Positions 39,930-51,529 of a stretch of 64,000 nt of DNA are shown here, piece after piece (within the stretch, counting starts at the first letter, position 1; the number at the start of each line of letters is the position of its first letter). The translations under genes were made by a program, and so were the position numbers. The notes below the pieces were generated by a model, which was not told the origin of the DNA, did not search any database, and saw only the letters and a program-made list of their open reading frames with translations. This DNA comes from Eledone cirrhosa (lineage: Eukaryota): assembly GCA_964016885.1 (NCBI GenBank), contig OZ024744.1, positions 118,792,001 through 118,856,000 on the forward strand, written 5' to 3'.

Positions 39930-40965
39930 TCCCAGATGCAAATTATGGGTACACAAGATGTAATGGGATCTCAAGCAGGCTACTAAAGAACAGGTTTTAC
40001 ATGTGGTCATTGCACAGGAGCAGTAAGCAGCAAATGCTCACAGGAAACAAACTCTATCAAATTCTTGGAAGGTTCCATAGAAGCAGTTGCCAACTTCTGT
40101 TACCTGGGTGACCAAATTAGCAGTAGAGGTGGTTGTTCTGAAAGTACAGTAACCAGAGTGAGAACAGGTTGGAGAAAATTCAGAGAGCTACAACCACTGC
40201 TAGCTACAAAAGGTTTTTCCCCTCAATATAAAAGGCAGATTATATGATGCTTGTATATGGACAGCAGCAATGTTACAGGTAGTGCGACCTGGCTGATGCG
40301 TGCAGAGGACCTATGAAGATTGGAAAGAAATGAAGTCTGCATGCTCCGATGGATGTGTAATAGTAATATATGAGAGAGAAACTAGGCATAAGAGGAATCA
40401 GATGCAGTGTGCAGGAGAGGAAATTGCATTGGTATGGTCATGTGATGCATATGAAGTATGACAGCTGCATAAAAAGGTGCAAGGAACTCAAAGTTCATGA
40501 AAGCTATGGAAGAGGAAGACCTAGGAAAGCTTGGGATGAGGTTGATAAAAGCTGACCTTGCACAATTGCACCTCTAAAAGGTGATGAAACAGGATCAAGA
40601 TTTCTGGCATTAAGCAGTAATACAGAAGACCCACCTGCATGGGTTGAAGCATATATCTAGTGGTCTCTAGTATACACCACTCCTTCTTCCTCCTATATCC
40701 TAACACCCCACACTAGACCTACCTCTCCAAACCCCACCATACATACACACACCTCCCCCCACTCACAGTCCACACTGTAATGTGGTTGTGTTGATGTCAC
40801 AACAAAAAGCACCTAGTCCACACTGTAAAGTGGTTGGCATTAGGAAGCCAGAAACAGTTCTGTATGAGTAAGACATTGTCATTTGATCTGATTTGTGTCT
40901 CAAAATGGGACAACTTGTCTAACCCATGCTAGTGTGGAAGAATGGATAATAAACGGTGATGATTG
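39930..40965 (+). pseudogene. RTE family B-like fragment
   Basis: EGSIEAVANFCYLGDQISSRGGCSESTVTRVRTGWRKFREL; LHWYGHVM; 3' UTR module. Confidence 0.88.
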
Positions 40966-41079
40966 TGTGTGTATATATATATATGTTTCAGCTAGTGTTG
41001 GCCCAGGCCAGATCAAATTTAATAGCACCACCTAGCAAAGTCTTTCAGATTATGGGTTCATAACCTAGTCATTTTTTTG

Positions 41080-41350
41080 ACACCGGGGCCCACTCAAGTA
41101 AAGAGTTGTTGTCTTTCAGGTGTAGCGGGTCTATTTGGGATTTCTTGGAGGAATCTGTCCAGGAAACTTTTGAATATTATGGGATCTGTTTCTGCCTTGA
41201 TATATTAAAGAGAGCAGGGCTAGTTAAGTGGTATGGTTGCTATGAGATGTGAGTTTGATTTTTATAGTGAATGGTTTTTAAAGGTGATGCCAACATCATT
41301 TGGGCAATATTAATGGAATATTTTCCACATCATACAGATGGAGAACTCAC
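41080..41350 (-). pseudogene. CR1-group LINE 3' fragment
   Basis: Minus-strand PALFN...DPIIFKSFLDRFLQEIPNRP...NSLLEW pattern. Confidence 0.55.
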
Positions 41351-41922
41351 AGTGGCATTAGAGAGTAGAGTTTGAGGTTTTTAGTCAATCCCAATAGAGT
41401 TGGGAGGATCCTCCAGTTATGTAAAGGACATGACAACATCCCCCCTGCTGGCCATCTACAAGATAAAAGCAACCAGTACATGCTGTAGTTGGGGATAGAA
41501 AGGGCATCAATCCATACAAAGCTTGCCAAATAAGGGGTTGGGAGGACCCTTCAGATTGTGTCAAAAGACAACTTCTTGCATTCAATATGACCACCACATG
41601 TGAGATAGACCCTTTGACCCACTTCAGTACTAACTTGGTCTATGTAGACCTGTCTAACCGTTGCTAGCAGGGAAAGCAAATGTTAAATGATAATGATGGC
41701 TGCTGTCTGATGACATACATTATCATCATACCAGTAATTGGTGTGGGTTGTTGTTTTGTAGGAAAGAGTGTTGGAACGTGTTTATTATGTGTGTGTGGTC
41801 TACTTTAGTGAATGACGTCAAATGAAGGTACATTATATTTGCTTGGATTCTTGGATGGTTTGGGTTTCATCTGGAGGTATGTTCAAGGCAATGGACCATC
41901 TTAGTTACACACACATAAATAT

Positions 41923-41974
<52 letters not shown>

Positions 41975-42701
41975 ATCTTTACACATACATATATATATAT
42001 ACATATATGTATGTATATATATACACACACACATACATGTGTGTATATACACACACATACAAATATATATATTTGATTTAAGATCACAAACACTTCCGGT
42101 TTTCTTTGCAGGTACAGTAGTCATTTTTATGCATTAGAATCCTACTATCCTATAATTTATATTTTAGCCATTTCCTTTCATAATAAATCATTCTAGTTTA
42201 TTTTTGGTTTCGTATTTCATTTTCTTTCATACCATTTTTACGGAGATTGCCGGAAGTGTTTTAAGGCCACTTGCTGAAGTAACGATCAGTTTTGCTGGTG
42301 TTAAGAAGGGCACCCAGCTGTGGAAAGCCATGCCCAAACCAGATTACATTTAAGCGAAACGTGTTCTCCCTCCACCCCCACTCGACAGGTGGAATGTGGC
42401 TAATATTGAATACCGAATTGAGATGTGATGGCCCGTCCAACCCTGCCCACACGGAGAAGAGAGGAAAAAGAACGGACGTTACATCATTATGTATATATAT
42501 ATATATATATATAATTGTTTCTACTTTTGGCACAAGGCCAGCAATTACTCAGTACATTACTGGTACTTTATTTTATCGACCCCGTAAAGATGAAAGATAA
42601 AGTTAACCTCGGCGGGATTTGAACTCAGATCATGAGAAAGAGAGATACATATATATATATTAAAACTCTTAACTAATATATTTCTTCATTGTATATACCC
42701 A

Positions 42702-42733
<32 letters not shown>

Positions 42734-43732
42734 ATAATGCACAGAGAATGATAAATCAATGCTAACAGCTTTACATTCAGCATCATCTGTTACTCATTAC
42801 ACAAGCTGCAATATTGTCAGATGTGTGTTCAATTAAACAATACATTGCACATTTCATTATAAATTATATTTCATGGATTGTCGATTTTGTATTTTTATTT
42901 TTTATTTTTTGCTGTTTCACGTTTGAGAAAAAAATTATTGCTATAAAAGAAAAAATAATTTTGAAGCAGAGAAGAAAATAAGCAATGTTGTTGGTTGTAG
43001 CTATATAGACAGATAATATTACGTAGAAAGATAGGTATATATAGGATATATATATATATATATATAACTATATGGATGTAGATATGTTTATTAGCTAGAT
43101 AAGATAAATGGATGGATGTTTTAAAATGTGAACGAAGCAGAATCTGTTGGTAGTTATTAAGATAGACATATCAAGCTAGAGATGTGTACAAGTAAAATAG
43201 AAGACGTAACAACATTATTAGAAAATCGGTAGAGGGTCGGACGCCATGCTTTGACGCATAGAGTTACGGCCCTTGCCATTCTGAGTTCAAATCTCCCCGA
43301 GGTTAACTTTGCCTTTCATCCTTACGACGTTGATAAAATAAAGTACCAGTAATGTACTAGATAATTGCTGGCCTTGTGCCAAAAAGTAGAAACAATTATT
43401 AAAAATACAACTGACAACATACACGTGAAACATTTGTCTATGAAACGGCGTTTTCTCTCTTTTTAATAATTGTTTCTACTTTTCGGCACACGGCCAGTAA
43501 TTACTCAGTACATTACTGGTACTTTATTTTATCGACCCCGTAAGGATGAAAGGCAAAGTTAACCTCGCCGGGATTTGAAATCATTACACAAAATATCTCA
43601 CATTATCACATCTCAAGCAAATGTTTATCAACAGGCCCTGTATCTATAATCTGAAGGAGTTTTAATGAGCGGTTTCTCTCTCTATATATATCCGTATGTG
43701 GTTGACGGCAGAGATAAAGGAGCACTCAAATA

Positions 43733-43782
43733 TCAAGTCCGATGAGCCTGTGATAAACAGGCGAAACTCCAGAGTAACAAGA
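43733..43782 (+). ncRNA. Degenerate hammerhead motif
   Basis: CCGATGA-GCCTGT(GATAA)ACAGGC-GAA-ACTC(CA)GAGT-A; core U4 changed and stem I only partly paired. Confidence 0.45.
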
Positions 43783-44256
43783 CTCACTATAGCCTTAATA
43801 AAATTATATATATGTACATATAATTAGATGAGAAGATAGTAAAAAAAATGATGTAATTACTATTAACTCTCAATATCCTGTAGCACATGAAGCTACATTA
43901 AGATATTGTTGAAAAGTACGACTGCATCATATTAAATATTCAAAAACTCTCTTACTTCGATATTACAATATTTTTCCACAACAATATGTCTGCTAGTAAA
44001 GATACTATAAACATTTGAATGAATAACACCTATATATATATATATATATACACACACACATATATATATATTTGTTTTTACTAAATAAATTAAGTGATAA
44101 TAATAGTTAATATTTGATATCTTTCTGGCGACTTCTCGCATTCTGTGACTAATTCGTTCCATTTTTAGACATTATTGCAAAGCAACAATCACAGATTATA
44201 CAATATATATACATGATTTGCCAGTACATATGTATTCTCTCCCTATATATATACAC

Positions 44257-44303
<47 letters not shown>

Positions 44304-44593
44304 TATATATATATATAACCGTTTATGAATTGCACCTCCATTTTACATACAATTTCACTATATATATATATTTTCAATTGAGGTTGTGTATGTATGGAAT
44401 ATAAGACCCGTGCTGATTATTCAGGTTCTTATTATTTTCCTGGGGAAAAGGTGCGACCTATACCAGAGCATATATTTATATAAATAAATCGATATTTCGA
44501 CCAGTCTCTGTGTCAGTAAAAAAACTACTGAAATAATTTCATGCATATATTTTTAATAACGTTGAAATAATCGTTACAATCCACCCACCCCAT

Positions 44594-44644
<51 letters not shown>

Positions 44645-45799
44645 GTATAGCTTTAGTTAAAGACACGACCATCAGTGTTAACACTTTTATCAGATAGGTT
44701 TTCTCTTCAGCTCAGTTGGAACAACAAACTTCCTAAATACATATTTTAATTAAGGTTTCTACATTTCAACCTCATTACCATGATGGCATTGTTGTTACAA
44801 ATGAGCTGTAAAGGACTCATAAAAATATGAGAAACATCTCATAAAAATGTGTTAAAACTCACACATATATATGTGTGTGGTACGTATCAATGGACATTTT
44901 AATCGTCCCGAAATAATGTGAAAATGATGCAGACGACATCGGATTATAGACACGATTATATATTATATTAATAGGAATAATGGGGTGTATGGATAAAATT
45001 ATTAATCATTTATATATATATATATTTACAGTTTAACACATCTGCAAAATAAATCGATGAAAATAATACTAATACTTGATGCAGTGTAATAGAGCTGAAA
45101 TATATCGAAGTCATGAAACTGATCAATATGAAGATCACGATATATATATACACACACTCACAAACACATACATGTGTGCCTGTGTAAAACAAGAAATGAA
45201 AAGAGTTAAAATGGGCGGTTAGGTTTTTTTACTGCATGCTGTAGTAGACATGCATACCTATATATACACACACGCATATACACACACACGCATATATACA
45301 TACATATATATATATACACACATATTTATACAGGCACACACATATAGACATAAGGAGATCCAATACTTACATGAATATAAAAAACAGTCCTGTAGCTACG
45401 AGGAGCAAGGACCAAGCGCATGTTGCTGGTACTATACGAGTCGAAAACTCACAACGTCCCATCTAGGTGCATTTCAAATAAAACCAATGGGTGTTTTCGA
45501 ACAAGAGTCAACATTAAGATCGAAACAAAGATGGCATTCTAATCATTTTTTCATTAAAGACTAACAACTACAACTAACGGGAATATATCATTGAGCTGCA
45601 AGTAAATCTCGACTATTTACTTGTAGGAAAGCAATAAAACAAAACCTACAACACTGAAATTCAAAGAAGATTTCGAAATTTCAGATAATGTATGGATTAG
45701 CGACAAATATTTCGTATTTTTCTTTTTTCTTCAGATGAAAAATTAAAAATCAGAAGATTGTCGTTGTAAGGTATTTTGAATTCTGCACTTTTTTCAGAG

Positions 45800-46130
45800 A
45801 ATTACTACGCCGTCAGGTTTACTTCCGGAAGTTGAATTGTGGGAATAGCGCGTAAAGTGGGGAGTGTAATTACAACAACAAGTAAACCACCTGACCGGAA
45901 CAACAACAACAACAATAACAACGACTAAACCACCTGACCGGAACAACAACAATAAAAAAAACGACTAAACCACCTGACCGGAGGATTAGTGACAACAACA
46001 ACTGTAAGAAGTAGACCACCTGACCGGAACAGTAATAACAACAACTACAACAGCTAACCGGAACAGTGACAACAACAACAGCAAGTAATAAACCACCTGA
46101 CCGGAACAATAACAACAACAATGAGGTCAG
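45800..46130. promoter_or_regulatory. Candidate promoter/enhancer island: palindromic ETS site plus array of CCACCTGACCGGAA motifs
   Basis: ACTTCCGGAAGT at 45821-45832; five CCACCTGACCGGA copies (~45888, 45930, 45970, 46016, 46093) spaced by (AAC)n; locally CpG-rich. Confidence 0.4.
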
Positions 46131-47363
46131 TTGGGTGACGTTCTCGTGTCTGTTTACTATTATATATAAACCTTCTAAATAAGTTGGACTCTCACAACAT
46201 CAGACACCTCTTTCAACAAGTATGTATATTTATATTATTTTGTATATAATATTAATAATAATTGTTTCTACTTTTGGCACAAGGCCAGCAAATACCCAGT
46301 ACATTACTGGTACTTTATTATTAATAATAATATTACTATTATGTTTTCTTTTAAATATTAAGCTTCTTCGTATCTTGACATTGTCACTGTGTTACACATG
46401 GTCATCGTAGAACCAGACCGGGGCCGACACTACTAATTATATTTTAATAGGGTACCCTCACATAACAGAAATATCAGGAAACAGGCTCTTTCCAGTTGTA
46501 ACAACTTTTCTTCTCAAAATAACAAAAATAAATCTTAAAACTAACAAACAAAAAAAGTTTTGAAATCTTTTAATTCCGTTGAAAATAAAATGAAATAAAA
46601 TTAATAACATCGAACAGGATAAAACATAATGGGGGGGGGGGAGAATCTAGTAAATTTACCCTAGTTAAGTACTGGTACGTTATTTTTTCGACCCTCGTAA
46701 AGATGAAAGGTAAAGCTAATCTTGATGAAATTTGAACTCAGAACGTAAAGGGCCGTAACAATATGCCTGCAATAATAGTAATAAGAGAAACAAAACAAAG
46801 TGACAGAGATGGTGAAATGTAGGTGAGTTTATATAGACATATCTGTATATTCAGCCATATATTATAATTTAAATATAAAAGAAAAACGAACACAAGATAT
46901 ATTCGCTAGCGAATCTGGTCCCTTACGATTTGAACTCATATATGTATATATCTGTGTTCGTTTTTCTTTTATATTTAAATTATAATATACAGCTCGGAAA
47001 TATCTCTTTCTTAGAGGTATTTTGTTGTAAGGACTATCTTGAGTTCATAACTAAATATATACTTTTGATATACAGACATATATACAGTTTAAGTAAACAT
47101 ATCTGTATGAACAGTCTATATACACATATCTATATACACAGTTTATATTGACATCCCGTCCTACCCATGCTAGCGTGGAAGATGGACGTTAAACAATGAT
47201 GATGATTTCTATATGCACAGGCATATACAGTTTATATACATACATACATCTCTCTCTCTCTCTCTCTCCTTAGTCTTATATCTGATTATTGCCTCCCGTT
47301 TGTTTTCCCTGTTTATATATATATAAAAGAAGAAATTAAAAGATGGTTAAAAAAAGTTCCATA

Positions 47364-47430
47364 TATTTTATTATGCACATTTCGAAAACATCACCTTGGA
47401 ACAAAAATTGTGTTCTCATCAGATAAAATA
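47364..47430 (-). ncRNA. Minimal hammerhead motif
   Basis: TATTTTAT-CTGATGA-GAACAC...TGTTTTC-GAAATGTGCATA|ATAAAATA; perfect stem I. Confidence 0.65.
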
Positions 47431-47770
47431 AGGTAACATGATAGGCCTAAAAACTAGTTATCTGTGCTACTTATCTGATATATGCATAGTTTTATTGTTC
47501 TACAATATTACTCACCTCCTACATATATATATATATAACGAAGGAAATGTGGTAAGGAACCAGGTGGACCATAACGCACCAAAGTACTCAATACTTAGGG
47601 TAGTAGAGTGGGTAATAGAAACGAGTAGGACCCCGACGGCTGAGCTCAAGCCGTTTCGACGGCTAATTCTGGAATTAGCCGTCGAAACGGGGTCCTACTC
47701 GTTCCTATATATATATATATATATATATACGATATATTAAAAATGGAAACTATATTTATAAAACCATATT

Positions 47771-47835
47771 TATTTCATTATACATATTTCAAGGACACCA
47801 AGTTAAATTATGGTGTGCTTTCATCAGATAAAATA
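47771..47835 (-). ncRNA. Minimal hammerhead motif (left arm of the inverted pair enclosing RTE-B)
   Basis: Exact reverse complement of 51193-51257. Confidence 0.75.
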
Positions 47836-47963
47836 TAATATAGAGCAGTTTTATAAATAAATATTGACATACCCTTAAAGAATGCGACCATTTCTGTTGG
47901 AAGCAAGCTCCCGGATAGCTATCCGGGAGCTTCCAACAGAAACGGTCGCATTCTTTAAGGGTA

Positions 47964-48108
47964 TCATCATCATCATCGTTTAACGTCCATATTCCACGCT
48001 TGCATTGGTTTGGACGGGAGTTTTCCCACTTGAGGCAAGAGTGGTTGTCTTGCTCGCATAGGACTGTCTGGCGGGTTTTCTATGGCTGGATGCCCTTCCT
48101 AACACCAA
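47964..48108 (-). mobile_element. Extra RTE family B 3'-UTR fragment in tandem with the main copy
   Basis: (TCA)n-CGTTTAACGTCC...GGATGCCCTTCCTAACACCAA. Confidence 0.85.
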
Positions 48109-48111
48109 GGA

Positions 48112-51100
48112 ATCATCATCATCATCATCATCAACGTTTAACGTCCGTGTTCCACGCTTGCATGGGTTTGGACGGGGGTAGTCCCACTTGAGGCAAGAGT
48201 GATTGTCTTGCTCGCATAGGACTGTCTGGCAGGTTTTCTACAGTTGGATGCCCTTCCTAACACCAATCACATTTACAGTGTGGGTCTGGGAGGTTTTTTA
48301 CCGTGTTGCCTACACGGCCACATTACAGCGTGGACTGTGTGTTTTTTTTGTCGTGACACCTACACGATCTCATTTGTTTCGGCCTGGATGGTGTGGCACC
48401 AACACAACTTTACATAGAACTGGGTGGCGTGGATGGGTTGGGGGTGGTGGGACGGCGGGGGGGGGGGGGGGGGGGGGGGGTATTTTGTTAGAGATGCCTA
48501 CTGGCTGTAGTAGGTTTTACTATGTATTTAGGTAAGGCGGGTCTTCTCTGTTACTGAGTACCGCCAAAGGTCTCGGTCCAGTGACATTGTCTTGGAGAGG
48601 TGTAAGTGTGTGAGGTCGGAGTTTATCAGCTCGTCCCAGGTTTTTCTAGGTCTGCCTATTCCGTGGCTACCGTCTATCTTTATTGCCCTGCACTTTGTTA
48701 TACAGCTATCGACTTTCATGCGCATCACGTGTCCATACCAACGTAGCCTTCTCTCGAGTAAACAACATCTGATCCCGCTTATTTCTAATTTTTTCCTTAG
48801 TTCGTTTATGCTTTGCCGTTCACGTATATTACTGTTACACATCCAGCGGAGCATGCAAGCTTCGTTCCTCTCTAGTCTGCGTATATCCTCTGCACACAAT
48901 GCCCAGGTCTCACTGCCATGCAACATTGCTGTTCGTATGCAGGCATCGTACAAACTGCCTTTCATTTTTAGGGAGAACCCTTTAGCAGCTAATAGTGGTA
49001 TAAGCTCTCTGAACTTTTTCCAACCAGTTCTGACTCTAGCTACTGTACTTTCAGAGCACCCTTCCCCACTGCTGATTTTATCACCCAGGTAACGGAAACT
49101 GTCCACTATTTCTATAGAACCCTCTGCGCAATTGAAAGAGCTAGTATTTTGTGGGCACTTGCTGCTACTTATTGCACCAGAGCACCGGCCACATGTAAAA
49201 TCTATGTTCTTAGTTAGCTTACCTGTGATCCCACTACATCTTTTATGCACCCATACTTTGCATTTAGGACATAAAATGGAGTTTCTACCTACGCCTTTCC
49301 TACACACCGAGCACGACCATTTCCCAGAAGGGACCGCCGCCTTATTTTCTTTCCTACAAACTAGAACTTTAGTCTTAGCCAGGTTAATTTTAAGGCCTTT
49401 TGATTCTAGGCCGTGCTTCCATGTTTGGAATTTCTTCTCTAGCTCGGCCATTGATTCCGCTATGAGTGTCAGGTCGTCTGCGTATAGGAGTTCCCATGGG
49501 CAGCCGGTCTTGAACTCCTCTGTTATAGCCTGAAGGGCAATAATAAATAGTAGGGGGCTGAGAACAGAGCCCTGATGGACGCCAACTTTTACATTAAACT
49601 CTTCACTATATTCGTTGTTAATTCTAACCTTGCTGACTGTTTCTTTATACATGGCTTGTATAGCTCTCACAAGCCATTCGTCAACGCCTAGTTTTCTAAG
49701 AGCCCACCAGATAATGGAGCGGGGGACTCTGTCGAAGGCTTTCTCCAAGTCGACAAAAGCTAAGTAGAGGAGTTTACCTTTAGCTAGGTACTTCTCCTGT
49801 AGTTGTCGTACAATGAAAAGAGCGTCTGTGGTACTTTTGCCTGACACAAACCCGAACTGCATTTCATCTAGGTCAATTCTCTCTCTGATTAGTTGTGCTA
49901 TTACTTTTTCCGTGACCTTCATGACCTGGTCGATTAATTTAATGCCTCTATAGTTACTCCTATCTAGGGCGTCTCCTTTACCCTTATAACAGTTAACGAT
50001 GATGCTGCTATGCCAGTCATTCGGAACAACCCCATTCTGTACGACTTGGTTAACTATGCGGGTGACCATGGTGTGTCCCACCGTGCCAGATGCCTTCAGC
50101 ATCTCAGCAACTATTTCCGAAGGCCCAGCCGTCTTACCCGTCTTCATATCCTTGATTGCCTTGCTTATTATACTCCCCTCGACTAACACTGCTGGTCCCT
50201 CTATTGGGTCGATATGGGGGAGACTGTCTTTCTCCCATTTATTCTCCTCATTTAGTAGCCTTTCATAGTGACACTTCCAAGCTACCTTCTTATCAGCGTC
50301 GGTGATGGCAAGTGTGCCATCGTCGTTTAGTACACACTTCTCCCCAACAATATCACGGTTTTCCTTGACGCATTGCCTAGCAATCCTGAACACCTCACGT
50401 TTTTGGTCATCGCGTTGTAGAACATGCTTGAACTTTCTTTCCTCAGCTTCCCTTCTTGCTAAGTACACTTGTCTCCTAGCTTCCCTCCTGGCCACTTGAT
50501 AGTCTTCTCTACTTCCCCCATCCCGCCATACTTTCCAAGCCTGCTTTTTGGCCTTAATTGACCCCTCCACCTTACTGTTCCACCACCATGTTACTCTCCT
50601 CCTGCCTACAGGCCTGCTCCAGCCACAGACTTCGTCTGTCGCCAACAGCAGGTTTGCTTTCAGAAATTCCCACTCTCCCTCTATATTGTCCGACTCTAAA
50701 AGTTCTTCCTTACTGTCGAAAGCATCAAGTAATATGCTTTGAAATTTATTCCTGGCTGTGGGGTCCTTTAGCTTCCATATTTTTCTCCTGAGGATAGTCC
50801 TCTTCTGCTGTCGAGTACGTCTCGTCCTGACTATGAGGTCGCTAATTATCAGTCTATGTTGGGAGGTGCACTCTTCATGGGGGAGGGATTTAGTGTTTAC
50901 AACAGACACTCTGTCACGTCTTCTGGTAAGGATATAATCTACCTGGCTTGTGTGTTCCCCGGATCTATAGGTGATCAGGTGATTGTCACGTTTTTTGAAG
51001 TTAGTGTTACAGATAGTTAGGTTATTTGCATCACAGAATTCCAGGATTCTGGAGCCTTCCTCATTTCTAGTACCAAACCCATAGCCTCCATGGATTTCGT

Positions 51101-51160
51101 CGTAGCCGTCACAATGTTGTCCAACGTGACCATTTAGGTCGCCTGCAATAATTATGAATG
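48112..51160 (-). mobile_element. RTE-clade LINE family B, young, 5'-truncated within APE
   Basis: Uninterrupted ORF plus ~415-bp 3' UTR and (TGA)n tail. Confidence 0.96.
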
Positions 51161-51164
51161 TCAA
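48528..51164 (-). CDS. RTE polyprotein (C-terminal half of APE, RT, PHD-like finger); 878 open codons, native start missing
   Basis: GDLNGHVG, QVDYIL, QHRL, NYRGIKL, DLEKAFDR, HQGSVLSP, LLYADDL, CSVC...CPKC..WVHKRC...CGRC and LRWYGHVMR. Confidence 0.93.
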   Translation of the reverse strand: MTFIIIAGDLNGHVGQHCDGYDEIHGGYGFGTRNEEGSRILEFCDANNLTICNTNFKKRDNHLITYRSGEHTSQVDYILTRRRDRVSVVNTKSLPHEECTSQHRLIISDLIVRTRRTRQQKRTILRRKIWKLKDPTARNKFQSILLDAFDSKEELLESDNIEGEWEFLKANLLLATDEVCGWSRPVGRRRVTWWWNSKVEGSIKAKKQAWKVWRDGGSREDYQVARREARRQVYLARREAEERKFKHVLQRDDQKREVFRIARQCVKENRDIVGEKCVLNDDGTLAITDADKKVAWKCHYERLLNEENKWEKDSLPHIDPIEGPAVLVEGSIISKAIKDMKTGKTAGPSEIVAEMLKASGTVGHTMVTRIVNQVVQNGVVPNDWHSSIIVNCYKGKGDALDRSNYRGIKLIDQVMKVTEKVIAQLIRERIDLDEMQFGFVSGKSTTDALFIVRQLQEKYLAKGKLLYLAFVDLEKAFDRVPRSIIWWALRKLGVDEWLVRAIQAMYKETVSKVRINNEYSEEFNVKVGVHQGSVLSPLLFIIALQAITEEFKTGCPWELLYADDLTLIAESMAELEKKFQTWKHGLESKGLKINLAKTKVLVCRKENKAAVPSGKWSCSVCRKGVGRNSILCPKCKVWVHKRCSGITGKLTKNIDFTCGRCSGAISSSKCPQNTSSFNCAEGSIEIVDSFRYLGDKISSGEGCSESTVARVRTGWKKFRELIPLLAAKGFSLKMKGSLYDACIRTAMLHGSETWALCAEDIRRLERNEACMLRWMCNSNIRERQSINELRKKLEISGIRCCLLERRLRWYGHVMRMKVDSCITKCRAIKIDGSHGIGRPRKTWDELINSDLTHLHLSKTMSLDRDLWRYSVTEKTRLT

Positions 51165-51192
51165 TATTTATTTATAAAACTGCTCTATTTTA

Positions 51193-51257
51193 TATTTTAT
51201 CTGATGAAAGCACACCATAATTTAACTTGGTGTCCTTGAAATATGTATAATGAAATA
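51193..51257 (+). ncRNA. Minimal hammerhead motif in element 51157-51378 (right arm)
   Basis: TATTTTAT-CTGATGA-AAGCACACCA(loop)TGGTGTCCTT-GAA-ATATGTAT-A|ATGAAATA. Confidence 0.75.
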
Positions 51258-51529
51258 AATATAGTTTCCATTTGTTAATATATCGTATTTTTACTCCAAT
51301 AATTTGTTGAGTGCTTTATATCAGTTATAAAAATATTTGCTTGTTGTATTCCAACAATTTAAATAGAACTTCTACAATATATATATATATGTGTGTGTAT
51401 AAGGAAAATTTTTTTATTTAATGTATAAAAAGAAATATAATAATTGTTTCTACTTTTGGCACAAGCCCAGCAACTATGTTGGAAAGCATGGTGTCTGACC
51501 CTCTACCGATACTGCAAAATATAATATAA

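Noticed and set aside
45700-45740. Minus-strand CTGAAGA...GAAA motif (also 38635-38685)
   Set aside because: No convincing stems I and II; compatible with chance in AT-rich DNA.
48528-51164. Domesticated RT gene or autonomous active element
   Set aside because: The N-terminal half of APE and the start codon are missing, and near-identical 3' fragments elsewhere indicate a young insertion, which explains the open frame.
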